A stretch of DNA of 63,750 nt, counting the filler, from Perkinsus chesapeaki ATCC PRA-425 (Eukaryota; Protista; Perkinsozoa), in assembly GCA_013115145.1 (NCBI GenBank). It is 8 parts of 8 records of this genome, joined end to end, with 100 filler letters (N's around TTAATTAATTAA, not from the genome) between each part and the next. Parts side by side here need not be neighbours in the genome. Positions count along the whole stretch, not along the records: positions 1 to 20,672 come from JAAPAO010000614.1; 7 more parts are not named here. One strand, written 5' to 3'. The position numbers and the translations under genes were made by a program. This document shows positions 1 through 9,958 of the stretch, piece by piece. A model generated the notes under the pieces. The model saw nothing but the letters and a program-made list of their open reading frames with translations. It did not search any database and was not told the DNA's origin. Every line of letters begins with the position of its first letter. Position 1 is the first letter of the stretch.

Positions 1-524
1 TATAGTAGTGCCCGTCGGGTGCCAAATTGAGATGGTCTCTTTAGGTTGTGTCCCTTTGTTGGCGCGATGCTGGTTGAGCAGGATCCTGCTGCAGGATAAT
101 ACTAAGCTTGGTATGTAAGATATCATGTTACTCCGTCTGGAAACCCTATCCAGCGTATAGCTCCTTTGCCGAACTAGACATGAACTCGAGATTCTGAAGC
201 GCGGTGACTAAACATAGTCCATGTGGTTTGAGCTCACGCCCTGGCGCCGGAGAGGATCCGTTTCAATGACTCAAACTGCTGGAACCAACACAACAGCCAG
301 AACCCGAGGTACATTGGAAATAGTCTAACCATAAGCCTATGCTCAAAAGCAGTGTTCGAATATCTGTTAGTATTACACTCAACCGAGCTCTACAAATTCA
401 TCAACGAATCACTGTAGAAAATGCACTTTAATGCAGGAAAGATGAGAGTTCCGAGGAACTTCCTCTCCTGAGGGAAGTCTCCTCAACTGTAGGGGACAGA
501 TAGATATTTCAACACTGTCAAAAT

Positions 525-1217
525 CTATATGGGGCACCCCGTGTCCTCGTAGTGGTCAATGCCATCTGGCACTTTGGCAATCAGGAGTCTCTCAGTGAGG
601 TCAACTTCAAAGATTAAGAAGTTCTTATCAAGCTGACCCCCAGAATCTTGGATCATCTTATCGCACTGAGGACCACTTAGCTGAGCCTTCAACCCTCCTG
701 ACATTATCGTAGTCCTAGAATTGCAAGTATAGACAATTCTCGGTGATGTTTCATTCTCCTGCCTAAGGAGCTGAGCTTGCGTCTCCGCGAGAGTGATGCT
801 GTAGATGAAGTTGGCAAAACGTCCAGCAACTGATATGTAGCAAGTTCTGGGACATCCATATTCATAAGGTAGTAGCTTTCCGTGCTGACGAGTGAAGAGG
901 TATGTCTTGTCATTCGTAGCCTTCATTTCCAAGAACTGTTCATCAAGTAGACCATTAGAGTCTTTTATCATCCTTGTACATAATACACCTTGAACGTTAA
1001 TCTCTATACCATCACCAACATCCTTATCAACATACACACACGTGTAGATGGTCGTTGGGGAGCCCGCATCTATCTGACTCAGAAAGCGGACTTGGGAATT
1101 ACGGCGGAACTCTATCTTGTTGATAAATTGCGAGAACTGCCCAGTTTCAGGGATGAATGAAATGTCCATGGTCGCCTCGCAGCAGATAAGAAGGCCTTGC
1201 AAGATCGAACCCTTCAT
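525..1217 (-). CDS. Secreted lineage-specific protein with two tandem ~105-aa Cys-containing domains
   Basis: Intronless ORF. Second Met (1217) begins a signal-peptide-like MKGSILQGLLICCEAT. Internal repeat G.F..FI..I ... SP...YTC ... C..MI.DS.G.LD..FL ... YE..GCP occurs twice. Confidence 0.6.
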   Translation of the reverse strand: MKGSILQGLLICCEATMDISFIPETGQFSQFINKIEFRRNSQVRFLSQIDAGSPTTIYTCVYVDKDVGDGIEINVQGVLCTRMIKDSNGLLDEQFLEMKATNDKTYLFTRQHGKLLPYEYGCPRTCYISVAGRFANFIYSITLAETQAQLLRQENETSPRIVYTCNSRTTIMSGGLKAQLSGPQCDKMIQDSGGQLDKNFLIFEVDLTERLLIAKVPDGIDHYEDTGCPI

Positions 1218-1567
1218 ACTATGTGAACGCCTCAAGTTAACTGCGATTAAAGGGTCACTACGACAACCTGTTCTACCATTAGATGATAATCCCAAAATAT
1301 CCGTGAGAAGCTGTCACCGGATCGTGACCATGCCCGTGTCACATGCTCTAAGGTCAGTTCGCAGTTCAGTAGTATCCATGCAAGAGCAAGACCTGCGCCT
1401 TGCCTTGTTGGGCTGTTCATTAGATCCACTATTCTTTACAAGTAGTTACATTAGTTAGCAATGCTAGCCTAGCATGCTGCTTGCTCATCCCTTTAATGAT
1501 AGACTTCCGGGGCACCGGTCTCGCCACTGGCCAGTCCGTTAGCGTCACGAAGCATTGTCAACTACTG

Positions 1568-1713
1568 TGCTGTGCATTGCCAACGTTGACCCGGGAAGTC
1601 GGGTTAAACTCGTCCTCAAAAGTCTCGCCTTGAGGCGTTCCAAGTAATCTGTTGACGCTACAACATCGTAACTCGTTCCACAACCTATACGGTTACGACA
1701 ACAGCTTTGTCCG
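1568..1713 (-). ncRNA. Candidate H/ACA-type small RNA at the distal end of the snoRNA array
   Basis: Minus strand: hairpin with upper stem TCGTAAC/GTTACGA and an internal loop, then ACAGATTA (ACA or H-like box ~14-16 nt from the upper stem). A branched domain follows (CCTCAA/TTGAGG; GTTTAACCCG/CGGGTCAAC), ending in ACA+3 nt. Same strand as the neighbouring snoRNAs. Confidence 0.4.
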
Positions 1714-1840
1714 AGATGGTAACTTAGTAAAAGGGTGTATTATCACTAGACTTCGCATATCTGTTTTCATTGGGTTTATCTCCCAACAACAACACCTACA
1801 AAAACCCCTTCTGCTTTCAACTACCATTTCGACGTTTAAG

Positions 1841-1923
1841 AGTATCAGTGAGAGGAACACTATGTGTACGTTTTCACCACTATCAATCAGATTGGCTGGG
1901 ACGTACTGTTTATCATCATTCAC
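1841..1923 (-). ncRNA. Box C/D snoRNA, family A copy 1 (double guide: LSU P-loop region and sarcin-ricin-loop-like target)
   Basis: C box ATGATGA (1919-1913), D' CTGA (1890-1887), D CTGA (1848-1845). D' guide CGTCCCAGCCAA; D guide AGTGTTCCTCTC. Confidence 0.85.
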
Positions 1924-1934
1924 TCAACGGTCTA

Positions 1935-2023
1935 AATTGTCTCAGAGAGAGGAACACTTGGTTTCTGCTTTTATCCCCACTGACATTCGGACTGGGGCGG
2001 CAGAATAATCATCATCGACAATT
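1935..2023 (-). ncRNA. Box C/D snoRNA, family B copy 1 (snR67/U31-like P-loop guide plus second guide)
   Basis: C box ATGATGA (2015-2009), D CTGA (1945-1942), 7-bp terminal stem AATTGTC/GACAATT. D' guide TGCCGCCCCAGT + CCGA is antisense to conserved LSU GCUGGGGCGGCA. Confidence 0.9.
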
Positions 2024-2032
2024 AATATACAG

Positions 2033-2243
2033 AGCTGTTGCCGGTATGGTTTTTCTTTCAGATAATCACCACATAGTAGCTACTGAACGACTAGGAATAT
2101 ACCGGCACAGCATTGGGAGCGCCAAGGCACTCAACCAACGCATTCTGTATTGGAGGAAACCGTTGGCGACTATACACCACATGAAGATGCTCGCATAGAC
2201 GGTTACACAGGAGTAGTTAGAGGCTACTCCTGTACTCTTCCGA
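2033..2243 (-). ncRNA. U17: U17/snR30 (SNORA73-type) H/ACA snoRNA, distal copy
   Basis: Diagnostic m1 ATATTCCTA and m2 AAACCAT motifs flank the 3' hairpin (stem TGCCGGTAT/ATACCGGCA). H box ACAGAA; terminal ACA+3 nt. Confidence 0.9.
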
Positions 2244-2252
2244 GAGACAGTA

Positions 2253-2338
2253 ATTGCTCAGTGAGAGGAACACTATTTCTACGATATCGCCACTGACATT
2301 CAGATTGGCTGGGACGTAGTTTATATCATCATCGCAGT
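2253..2338 (-). ncRNA. Box C/D snoRNA, family A copy 2
   Basis: C box 2332-2326, D' 2303-2300, D 2261-2258, short terminal stem TGC/GCA. Same two guide cores as copy 1, with diverged spacers. Confidence 0.85.
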
Positions 2339-2350
2339 GATCAATATTGT

Positions 2351-2436
2351 GCTGTATCAGAGAGAGGAACACTTAGTTTCTGCTTTTATCCCCACTGACA
2401 ATCGGACTGGGGCGGCAGAATAATCATCATTACAGC
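2351..2436 (-). ncRNA. Box C/D snoRNA, family B copy 2
   Basis: C box 2430-2424, D 2360-2357, 6-bp terminal stem GCTGTA/TACAGC (sequence differs from copy 1 but still pairs). Guide cores identical to B copy 1. Confidence 0.9.
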
Positions 2437-2445
2437 TCTCTAAAG

Positions 2446-2655
2446 AGTTGTTGCCGGTATGGTTTGTCTCACAGCTAATTGCCACATAGTGACTACTACA
2501 AGTCTAGGAATATACCGGCACAGCCAAAGGAGCGCCAAGCACTCAACTAAGGCATTTTGTATTGAACGGAATCGTTGGCGACTATACACCACTAGAAGAT
2601 GCTCGCATAGACGATTACACACAAGTAGTTAGAGGCTACTCGTGTACCCGTTCAA
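2446..2655 (-). ncRNA. U17: U17/snR30 H/ACA snoRNA, proximal diverged copy
   Basis: m1 ATATTCCTA (2513-2505), m2 AAACCAT (2465-2459), H box ACAAAA, ACA at 2451-2449, 5'-domain closing stem TTGAACGG/CCGTTCAA. Confidence 0.9.
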
Positions 2656-2923
2656 ATCATTACAACCTTTGCGTGCGTCTAAATCACCGGTACCCCACGT
2701 GAAGAGGCACAAGCGCGAACACGCATCAATGACTATACGCACAACCACAGGTCGACAACACCATTAAAGAGGGGCAGTCGAGGGAGAGTGTGCAATGTTA
2801 GCCACTACCAACGCAACATCAACCGTAATATCCTCCATCAAGGCGCATAAAGCAACCCCTCGGCAACCACACGAAACCGTTTCGGCAAGTGAGAGCAACA
2901 TAAGGGAGTCATCGAAGAACACC

Positions 2924-4188
2924 TTAATCGAAGAGATCGAAGTCCATCTCCTCCTCTTCTTCCTCCTCCTCGGCAGGGGCGGCGGCCTCAGCCTTGGCCT
3001 CACTGGCAGCAGGAGCGGCACCGGCAGCAGGGGCGGCGGAAGCGAACTTAGAGGGATCCTTGAGGAATTCCTGAGAAAACAAAAAATAACAAAAAATTGA
3101 GAAGACAAAAGCGTTCTAAATACGAGAACGATAGTTGTTGCCGGTATGGTTTTTCTTTCAGATAATCACCACATAGTAGCTACTGAACGACTAGGAATAT
3201 ACCGGCACAGCATTGGGAGCGCTAAGGCACTCAACCAACGCATTCTGTATTGGAGGAAACCGTTGGCGACTATACACCACATGAAGATGCTCGCATAGAC
3301 GGTTACTGCGAGCATGGTTAGAGGCCACACCGCAATCCCTCCTAGACTATAAACCACCGAAGAAAAGAGCTCCCGTATTACCTTAAGCTCCTCGATCTCG
3401 GGGAAAGTGAAGTCGATATCGGCGCACAAGGCAGCGATGTTCTTGAAGGCATCGTTGATGGCATAAGGCAAGGTGGCCTCGTTGGGGATACCGATCTCAC
3501 GAGAGAAGGCAGCCAAGTTGCGGACACCGTTCATGAACTTGGAAACGAGATCATCATCGCTGATGTCCAAGGCAGCGGCGTCGTAGACCTCACCGTTGTC
3601 GTAGATGCTCTGGAGCTCAACACCGTACTCGAAGGGACGGATGTCCAACTTCATGAGAAGGGCCTGCTGGGAGGCAGTGACCTTGTGGCCCTTGGTGACA
3701 AGAGCGACATCCTGGGAGATTTCGATAGAACCCTTGACAATCTTGGTGGCAATGTTCAAAGCCTGGAAGAAGTTGGTCTGGGAGGGATCCAAAGAAGTGG
3801 GACCAGCGGGGATGTCGACATTGCACTGGGCGACCATACCGGCCTTGGCCATAGCGGGGACCTTGTGCTCACCGATGATCTCACGGATCTCATCAATGGG
3901 GGCCATGCAGAAGATGAAACCAATGTTGCCCTTGGTGACGTTCAACAAGTGACCGAGATCAGCATCGTTCTCCTCCTCGTACTGTCTAAGGGCAGTGCGA
4001 AGCATAGTGTTCTTGCCCATAACAATAACGGCCTTGCCACGGAGAGCAATACGGATGTTCTGGAGCTGCTTGGATCCAACGTGGTCAACGGTGGCGATGA
4101 GGATCTTATCGCACTTGGCGACGAGGTCCTTCACTCTGTCGAGGTAGGCGTTCTTCTTAGCAAGCTTCTTGGGATCGCGAGGTGCCAT
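2924..4188 (-). CDS. RPLP0: 60S acidic ribosomal protein P0 (uL10); exons 4188-3382 and 3070-2924
   Basis: uL10 motifs (GSKQLQNIR, MGKNTM, GPTSLDP..T.FFQAL.I.TKI.KG.IEI). Phase-0 GT-AG intron 3381-3071; exon 2 encodes the Ala-rich hinge and acidic tail EEEEEEEEMDFDLFD. Confidence 0.97.
3133..3343 (-). ncRNA. U17: Intronic U17/snR30 H/ACA snoRNA in the RPLP0 intron
   Basis: Same m1/m2, H and ACA boxes. About 170 nt are identical to the 2033-2243 copy apart from one loop base. Occupies most of the 311-nt intron. Confidence 0.92.
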
Positions 4189-4360
4189 GACGTGTGGAGA
4201 CTGTGAGCTAACGGCTCGTCAATCAATTTAACCACTGAGGGCTGTGAAGAAGTACAACTCACAGCACTATATACCAAATCGATCACGTGATCGATCATAT
4301 TCCTCAGCGGAGCGAAGCAACTGCGCACTTTGCCAATTGTTTTAGTTTCACCCAACCATC
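4189..4360. promoter_or_regulatory. Short divergent intergenic region (likely bidirectional promoter) with an 18-bp palindrome
   Basis: 172 bp between head-to-head ATGs (4188 and 4361). TATATA at 4268-4273; perfect palindrome ATCGATCACGTGATCGAT at 4278-4295. Confidence 0.5.
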
Positions 4361-5110
4361 ATGAGCGAGCTACAAACCTACGCCGCGAGCACGATCTCTC
4401 CCGTACTAAGTCGGGCACTTGCTGACTTGGCTCTGCAGGAGCCTCCAATCGACACCGTGGCGTATCTTTCTAATTGGCTCAAGCTCTGGGCAGCAGCGCA
4501 AGGTAACGCCGGCCATCCTAGAGTGGAGATTTGGGTTATTCAGAAGCCGAGAGCAAACGAAAGGAAGATGCTATGAAGTTGATCGAACATAAAGAACGTC
4601 TCTCGGCAGAGGTGTCCAATCTAACCTAAAGATACGTCCTTGATCGGTGCTGCGTTCAGGCCACCCAGAAGCAAGCGGGAATTGCGTTAGAGAAAGAGAA
4701 GGCGGCCAGACCGATGAAGCTGTTAGCTGGAGTGATCGATAAAGTCGCTGGAGTTGATTATAGGGAAGGTAGTGCTGGGATGGTGGCATGGGAATCGGCC
4801 AAACCATGCATGACAGAATGCATGGGTATCTTGCTCACCTTACGATATAAGACCTTACTAGGGCTCCCAAGCTTGGATGCTCATCGAAGGTTTACTCCAT
4901 TCTACTACCACTACTCGCTCAGCGCAGGAATCTCCTGTCTTTATTTTCCACCTAGCACACAGTATGGGGCAATCGTAAGCAAACAACGTGATGGTGATGC
5001 AACAATGGTTGTGCAATTGGAACGCGTCGTCTGGAATGAGCCCCGTTTCTCTCTTCATCAGGGACAGTTGATGCTCTTTGCCAGCTGGTTTTATGTAGGA
5101 CTGTTCTACT
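4361..5110 (+). CDS. Dpy-30/RIIa-like motif coiled-coil protein, multi-exon (3' end approximate)
   Basis: N-terminus Y....ISPVLSRALADLALQEPPIDTVAYLSNWL fits the Dpy-30/RIIa docking motif. Short GT-AG introns join in-frame helical exons. Confidence 0.55.
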
Positions 5111-8100
5111 AAGTGCCCTCACTAAGCTTCCTGAATTGTGCTTGTAACTCCGCTGTGGTTCACGTACTTTTGTAAATTAATGTTCTTGTGATCCCTCACC
5201 ACACCGGTCGTGCCTAAGACGATTCTCCCATGGGCTCCAATAGCGGAATAGTAAAGGCTACGTTGGAGGCTCAGATGCCCCGGTAGCTCTGGAAATCTGA
5301 TGAGGAATTTCCGTTTTAGACTGTAAACACTGCGAGGCGTACCCGAGCCCTAGTCTATGGCAAGAGCTTACGGATACTCTACGCGAGGCTATCGTGGGCT
5401 GCAGTGGTTGCTACGTCGGCGAAGTGGTGACGAGTGAGGAGGGAGGGAAATTGATTCGGTAGTAGTTGTTGCCCTCGGTGCTGCTGGGATAGGAGAGCAT
5501 GTCAGGTATATCGTTAACTCTGGGACTGGGCCTGGACAGGGGGAGCTGGCCGAGGGGGACGGTGTGGCCTGGAAGGTTGGTCTTGGAGCCTTCGAGGTGC
5601 TCTGACAGTTGATGGTATGTAGGTGTTCGAGCCAGTAGAGGTAGAGGAGGCAGGTGATGGGGAAGAAAACGGACAGAGATCTCGACAGATGTAGTACTGG
5701 ACGTTGGGGGTGGGTTCGGTGTAAAATTCAGTCGGCGCCCATGACAGCATAATGAGCAGAATAGATATTTAATTGTGTGGGCGAAAAGTATTCAGATTTA
5801 TGCGCGCAAGATGGTCCTGAATATCTTTTATTTGGTCGCCGGTTTAAGGTGGATTCCGGGGAATCGCGTCACGTTTCCTACTTTGGATCTACAGTATATG
5901 GCAGCCACTGCGCTGAGGACATTGTTTTCGGTGAAGTACTTTATTGTGATAGAACACACCAGTGATGCGAGATCTCCGGTGAAGCCTAGCTCTTTACTGC
6001 CTTATTCACGCAGGTCTGATGAATATCCGAGGCTTCATCGATGCTTGTAACCTACCGAGCCTTGCCCGATTGTCTGTAGTGTAGTGGGATCTCTTATATC
6101 TCAGTTACCTGCCTAATGTTATGGATGTCGACGAAGTTAAGTACTTCACCTACGCCAAGCCGGGCGCCTTCATTGCGGTGCCGATAAGGTGATAGGGTCG
6201 CTTGGTTGGGCGCCGAGGAGTGTGGCGGTTACTGGTAGCTATACGAGTGTATTGAACAAGGAAGCGTTGGAAGCAACAATGGCAGATTTGAAGGAGAGGC
6301 AAGATCAGTTCACTGAGGAAATGGCAGCGTAGCAGAGGAGGGCGAGTCGAGCTCTGGAGAATCTTGCTTGGTAGCTACCAAGATGCGAAGGCTAAACACG
6401 AAGAGGAAGTAGCTGGTTTGGAGGAAGGGGCAGAGGTTAGCGGCGGACGCTTTAGTAGTTGTTATGATAATATTTGGTAGGCACTAGAGGGCCCGGTGGA
6501 GCCTGTGCTGAGGGAGCTCACTCCACTAGGAGGAGTCCAAAGGCAGTTGGTGCTCTGCGTGGACACTTTGGGGGCTAAAGGAGGCCTAATGGAAATTCCG
6601 GACGAAGTTCGAGAGAAGGTAATGAACCGTGGTGGTCTCAGGAGAGCTTGCTGCAGTTGGACGAGCTCGCTGGGCGCTTGAGTGACGCCATGGCTGCGAC
6701 AGAGCTCCAGGCGATTCGGGAGCAGGCTGAATATAATGTGAGGCTCAGAAGTGATTTATTGTACTGATAGGGTGGATAGGTATCTGAGGAAGGTAGAAGT
6801 GGACGAAAGGGAGTGTTGGAGAGGTATAGGGAGGGCAGTTGTGGGGAGGAAGTGGAGAAGGCTGTGGCGGAGGCAATGGAGGCACTAGGAGAAGGTGAGC
6901 TTATGGCGGATAGTGGGAGGTAGTTACGATGATGGTAGATGCTGCCGCACCAAGTGATGAAGAGAAGGAAATTATCAAGCTGAGCTGTAAGTTCAGCGTG
7001 ATGAGGTAGGGAAGAAGATTAAGAGAATTTAGCACCGATAAGGATTTGACAGGTCGGTGGTGAGCGGTGATGTAAAGAAGGATCTTCTGGCGGATATAGC
7101 TGCTCGAAGGCTACCTGAAGAAGCTCTATCCGTGCTAATTAAAGTAATGGACTGCTTATTATTATTTCCCCGTCACCTATTTTCTCCATTTTATGTCCGA
7201 CCTACTATTTGTATTTTTAGGGTTTATTTCCGCATGGTTTCATTCTCCTCAGGCATTCCTTCTATTTGTTGCTGGGCAGCCTAGTGAAGCACTTGCTGCT
7301 GACCAGCCACCGTGGTCGGAGTTGGTAACAGCCATTAACAGTGATGCAGTTTGGGAGAGCGTAGGTTGTGGGTGAGGTTTACGACCGGGGGACGTAGAGG
7401 AACACGGGACGTTCGTGTCAAATATGTTCCTCGGGAATGGGCTATAATGGGGATTCGGCTATAAAGATTGCAGTTGCCAGGCAAAAAGGGTTGCTGTCAC
7501 GTGCATTCCCTGTAGGCCTAAATTCTGGTGTTCTTCCATGACTTACTGCGGAGAAGGAATGCACTGGATGCCCCTTGTCGCTCTATCGGCATATGCTTTA
7601 ACAAGGAACAATTATGTCGTCGCGCTTGGCAATTTCTGACACTCGGGGGTAGTTGATGAATCTCTGGTTGCAATAGGTATTGGCCGTGGATTTGAGGCTT
7701 CCTAGACCGAACGTGGCAGAGGAAGGGTCGTTAGCGAGAGTTAAGGAAATGATAAGGAAGGCTGTGGAGAGTGGAGGCCTGCGAGGGGAAGGTATAGGCT
7801 AGCTTGGGTAAAGGTGGACATGGCTGGTGTAGACGGTGGAGCTATCGGAGATGATGTGGCTGAGGCGCATCCGGTTGATGTTATCCTGCTGGAAGTGTTG
7901 GAGGCAGCTGTCGAGCTGAGGGAGAAGGTAGGCGTGTGTGGTATGGAGTATCATCCGCAGTATGTAAAATGGTGGGTGGTGAGAGACATAATTTACATTT
8001 AATATCGCCGACTACACTGAATCGGCTTTACTGGTGAATCTCCAATGCATATCTGGCCACTAGTATCCGGCAAGTGATGCACAATGGGCAAGAGTGCCTT

Positions 8101-8285
8101 GTTGGGGCGATGAACAAGCATGCACGGTTGTGCTGTTGTTTCGCAAGCTACCGCTAGACTCTAGGTCTTCGGCAGTCGTAGATGAGACTTTCGTCGCGGG
8201 AGAGGGTTTGGATGATAGCTTCATCTAGATGAACACACAGGTCTATAGATATTCTCAAAGCTTATCGGATGAAATCTGAGTTGCT

Positions 8286-8778
8286 GTGAAGTGGGATGTA
8301 TTTTGGATTCTTGTCAACACCGGAACGTGTGTCTTCGAGGCCATCGAGGCATGGAACTATCTCTCTAAAATGTCTTGGCCGTTCATGAAGCCTTGTAGAC
8401 TGTTCCTCTGTTGTCTTCAGGACGTCACTGCTCGGTGGCTCGTCAGCGATTTGCGTAAGAAGCTTTTCGAGCCTCAAGGCGTGCCTGATGCTGTGGAGGC
8501 GGGTGAAGTTGCGGAAGGGGAGGAGCCAGCAGGAGCTGGTGAGGAAACTGTGGAAGAGGGGGAGGAAGGTGAGGCTGCTTTGCTTGGTGAGCTGGGGTAC
8601 CAATTCATGGCCAGGCCAGCAGCAGCAGCAGCAGCAGAAGGTACCTGTGGCTGAAGTTCGCGTTGATCCAAGCGAGGTCGCTGCGATCGACGGTGACTTT
8701 GTACCACTGTTAGAGAAGGACTTGGCCAAGTTGGCTGAGGAGAGGGGGCAGGGTGCTGATGAGACGGTGGAGGCATAA
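8286..8778 (+). CDS. Hypothetical protein fragment with acidic low-complexity region
   Basis: Overlapping plus-strand ORFs with Glu/Ala-rich coding-like composition; no recognisable family. Confidence 0.3.
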
Positions 8779-9958
8779 TTAACATAAAGTGATTAAGCGA
8801 TGTTATCAAGATGCAGTGAGCGGGTTGAGTTAGTGTATGCTGGGAGGGGCACGCTCCTGCCCGGAGTCCATTGTTATTGTGAATGGGTGGACAAAGCCCT
8901 GGGCTGAATCAACCTGAACCATTGAATTCATTCACGTTTCCGTGAAGTGGTTCTGTGATGGGTGCCAGTAGACATGCTCGTCCATTGAAGGCAGTTATAG
9001 CTGTCCGTGTTGAACCCTTTCATGGCCAGAAGAGCTCGGCGGCCTGCGTTGATCCTATTATTGGCGTCACTTGCAGTATACTCGACGTGCATCCTTTTTA
9101 TAAGTCCACGGCCCCAGACACTGGGACAGTCGGCCATCCCTAGACTGAGGGCCTCGAGAGCCATCTATGGAGACGAGAACGTGGGGTGAGGCAGCACAGT
9201 AGGGAGTAGGCAGCAGCCACCTTACGGAAATGTTCCTACTGGTGATATAGTAGAAAATTTTGAATGCTGTCGGAGAAAGGATGCGTCATGTCATGTTCCT
9301 CTGCGGGTCTGGGTTTAGTAGCGTCATATCTGCCGATGTCAGGCCCCGCTCATCCCACCATGGGGAGTCCACGGCCAAGAGACTTGCGCGGGGCGGAGCT
9401 GTGGTGTCAATGATGGCGATAGGGTCGGTGTTGGGCTACAAGCTACGGCGAGCTATACCGCAATTCGTTGGGAAAGCAGCTGAGATAGGACGACAATTGA
9501 TGGCTCCAGGTGAGTACTTATTCGTGTGTCGCCCAAGCCTTCTTCTATGCTGCGGCTCGAGGCCATTGACGTGGCTCTTATCTTCGGATACTTGAGCTTT
9601 TATGTGTTTGTTATATCGGCTTTGAGCGGAGGGTCTCGTACTTGAGGATCACTTCTTGACCGATTCTCAGCTGAGTCGAACGCCAATAGCTCTACACTTT
9701 TTTTAATCTCAAATTCGACAAACAAAAGAGGATGTTAAAGGAACAAAGGTATTCTTCATTGGACAAAGTACCATAATCGTAAAGTACATCTTGTAATGCT
9801 TCCCTAGTACTTGTCTTCGAGCTTCGCGGTTTAGAGATGGGCGGTATGGTGGAAAATAAAATTGTGGAAAGGTGTTCAACATACTATGTTGAAGCAGACA
9901 TATCGGAGATTATCATTTCCGAGGTCATAGAAGGGCCCTAAAGAAGATCCTCTACAGC

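Noticed and set aside
1733-1796. ATGAA...TGAT stem resembling a SECIS or K-turn
   Set aside because: The enclosed stem is too short for a SECIS, no linked UGA-containing gene lies upstream on that strand, and support is weak.
1652-2622. Small ORFs on both strands, including one repeating the RPLP0 ORF tail
   Set aside because: They are translations of the snoRNA array; the shared peptide reflects duplicated U17 sequence.
3166-3381. C-terminal 71 aa of the 340-aa RPLP0 ORF in the track
   Set aside because: It is read-through into the U17-containing intron; the true acidic tail is on exon 2 (3070-2924).
5777-8002. Purine-rich degenerate coding-like stretch suggesting a retroelement relic (faint RNase H-like VKYVPRE...G.NG)
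   Set aside because: No RT, integrase or LTR/PBS could be shown; motifs are too degraded to call.
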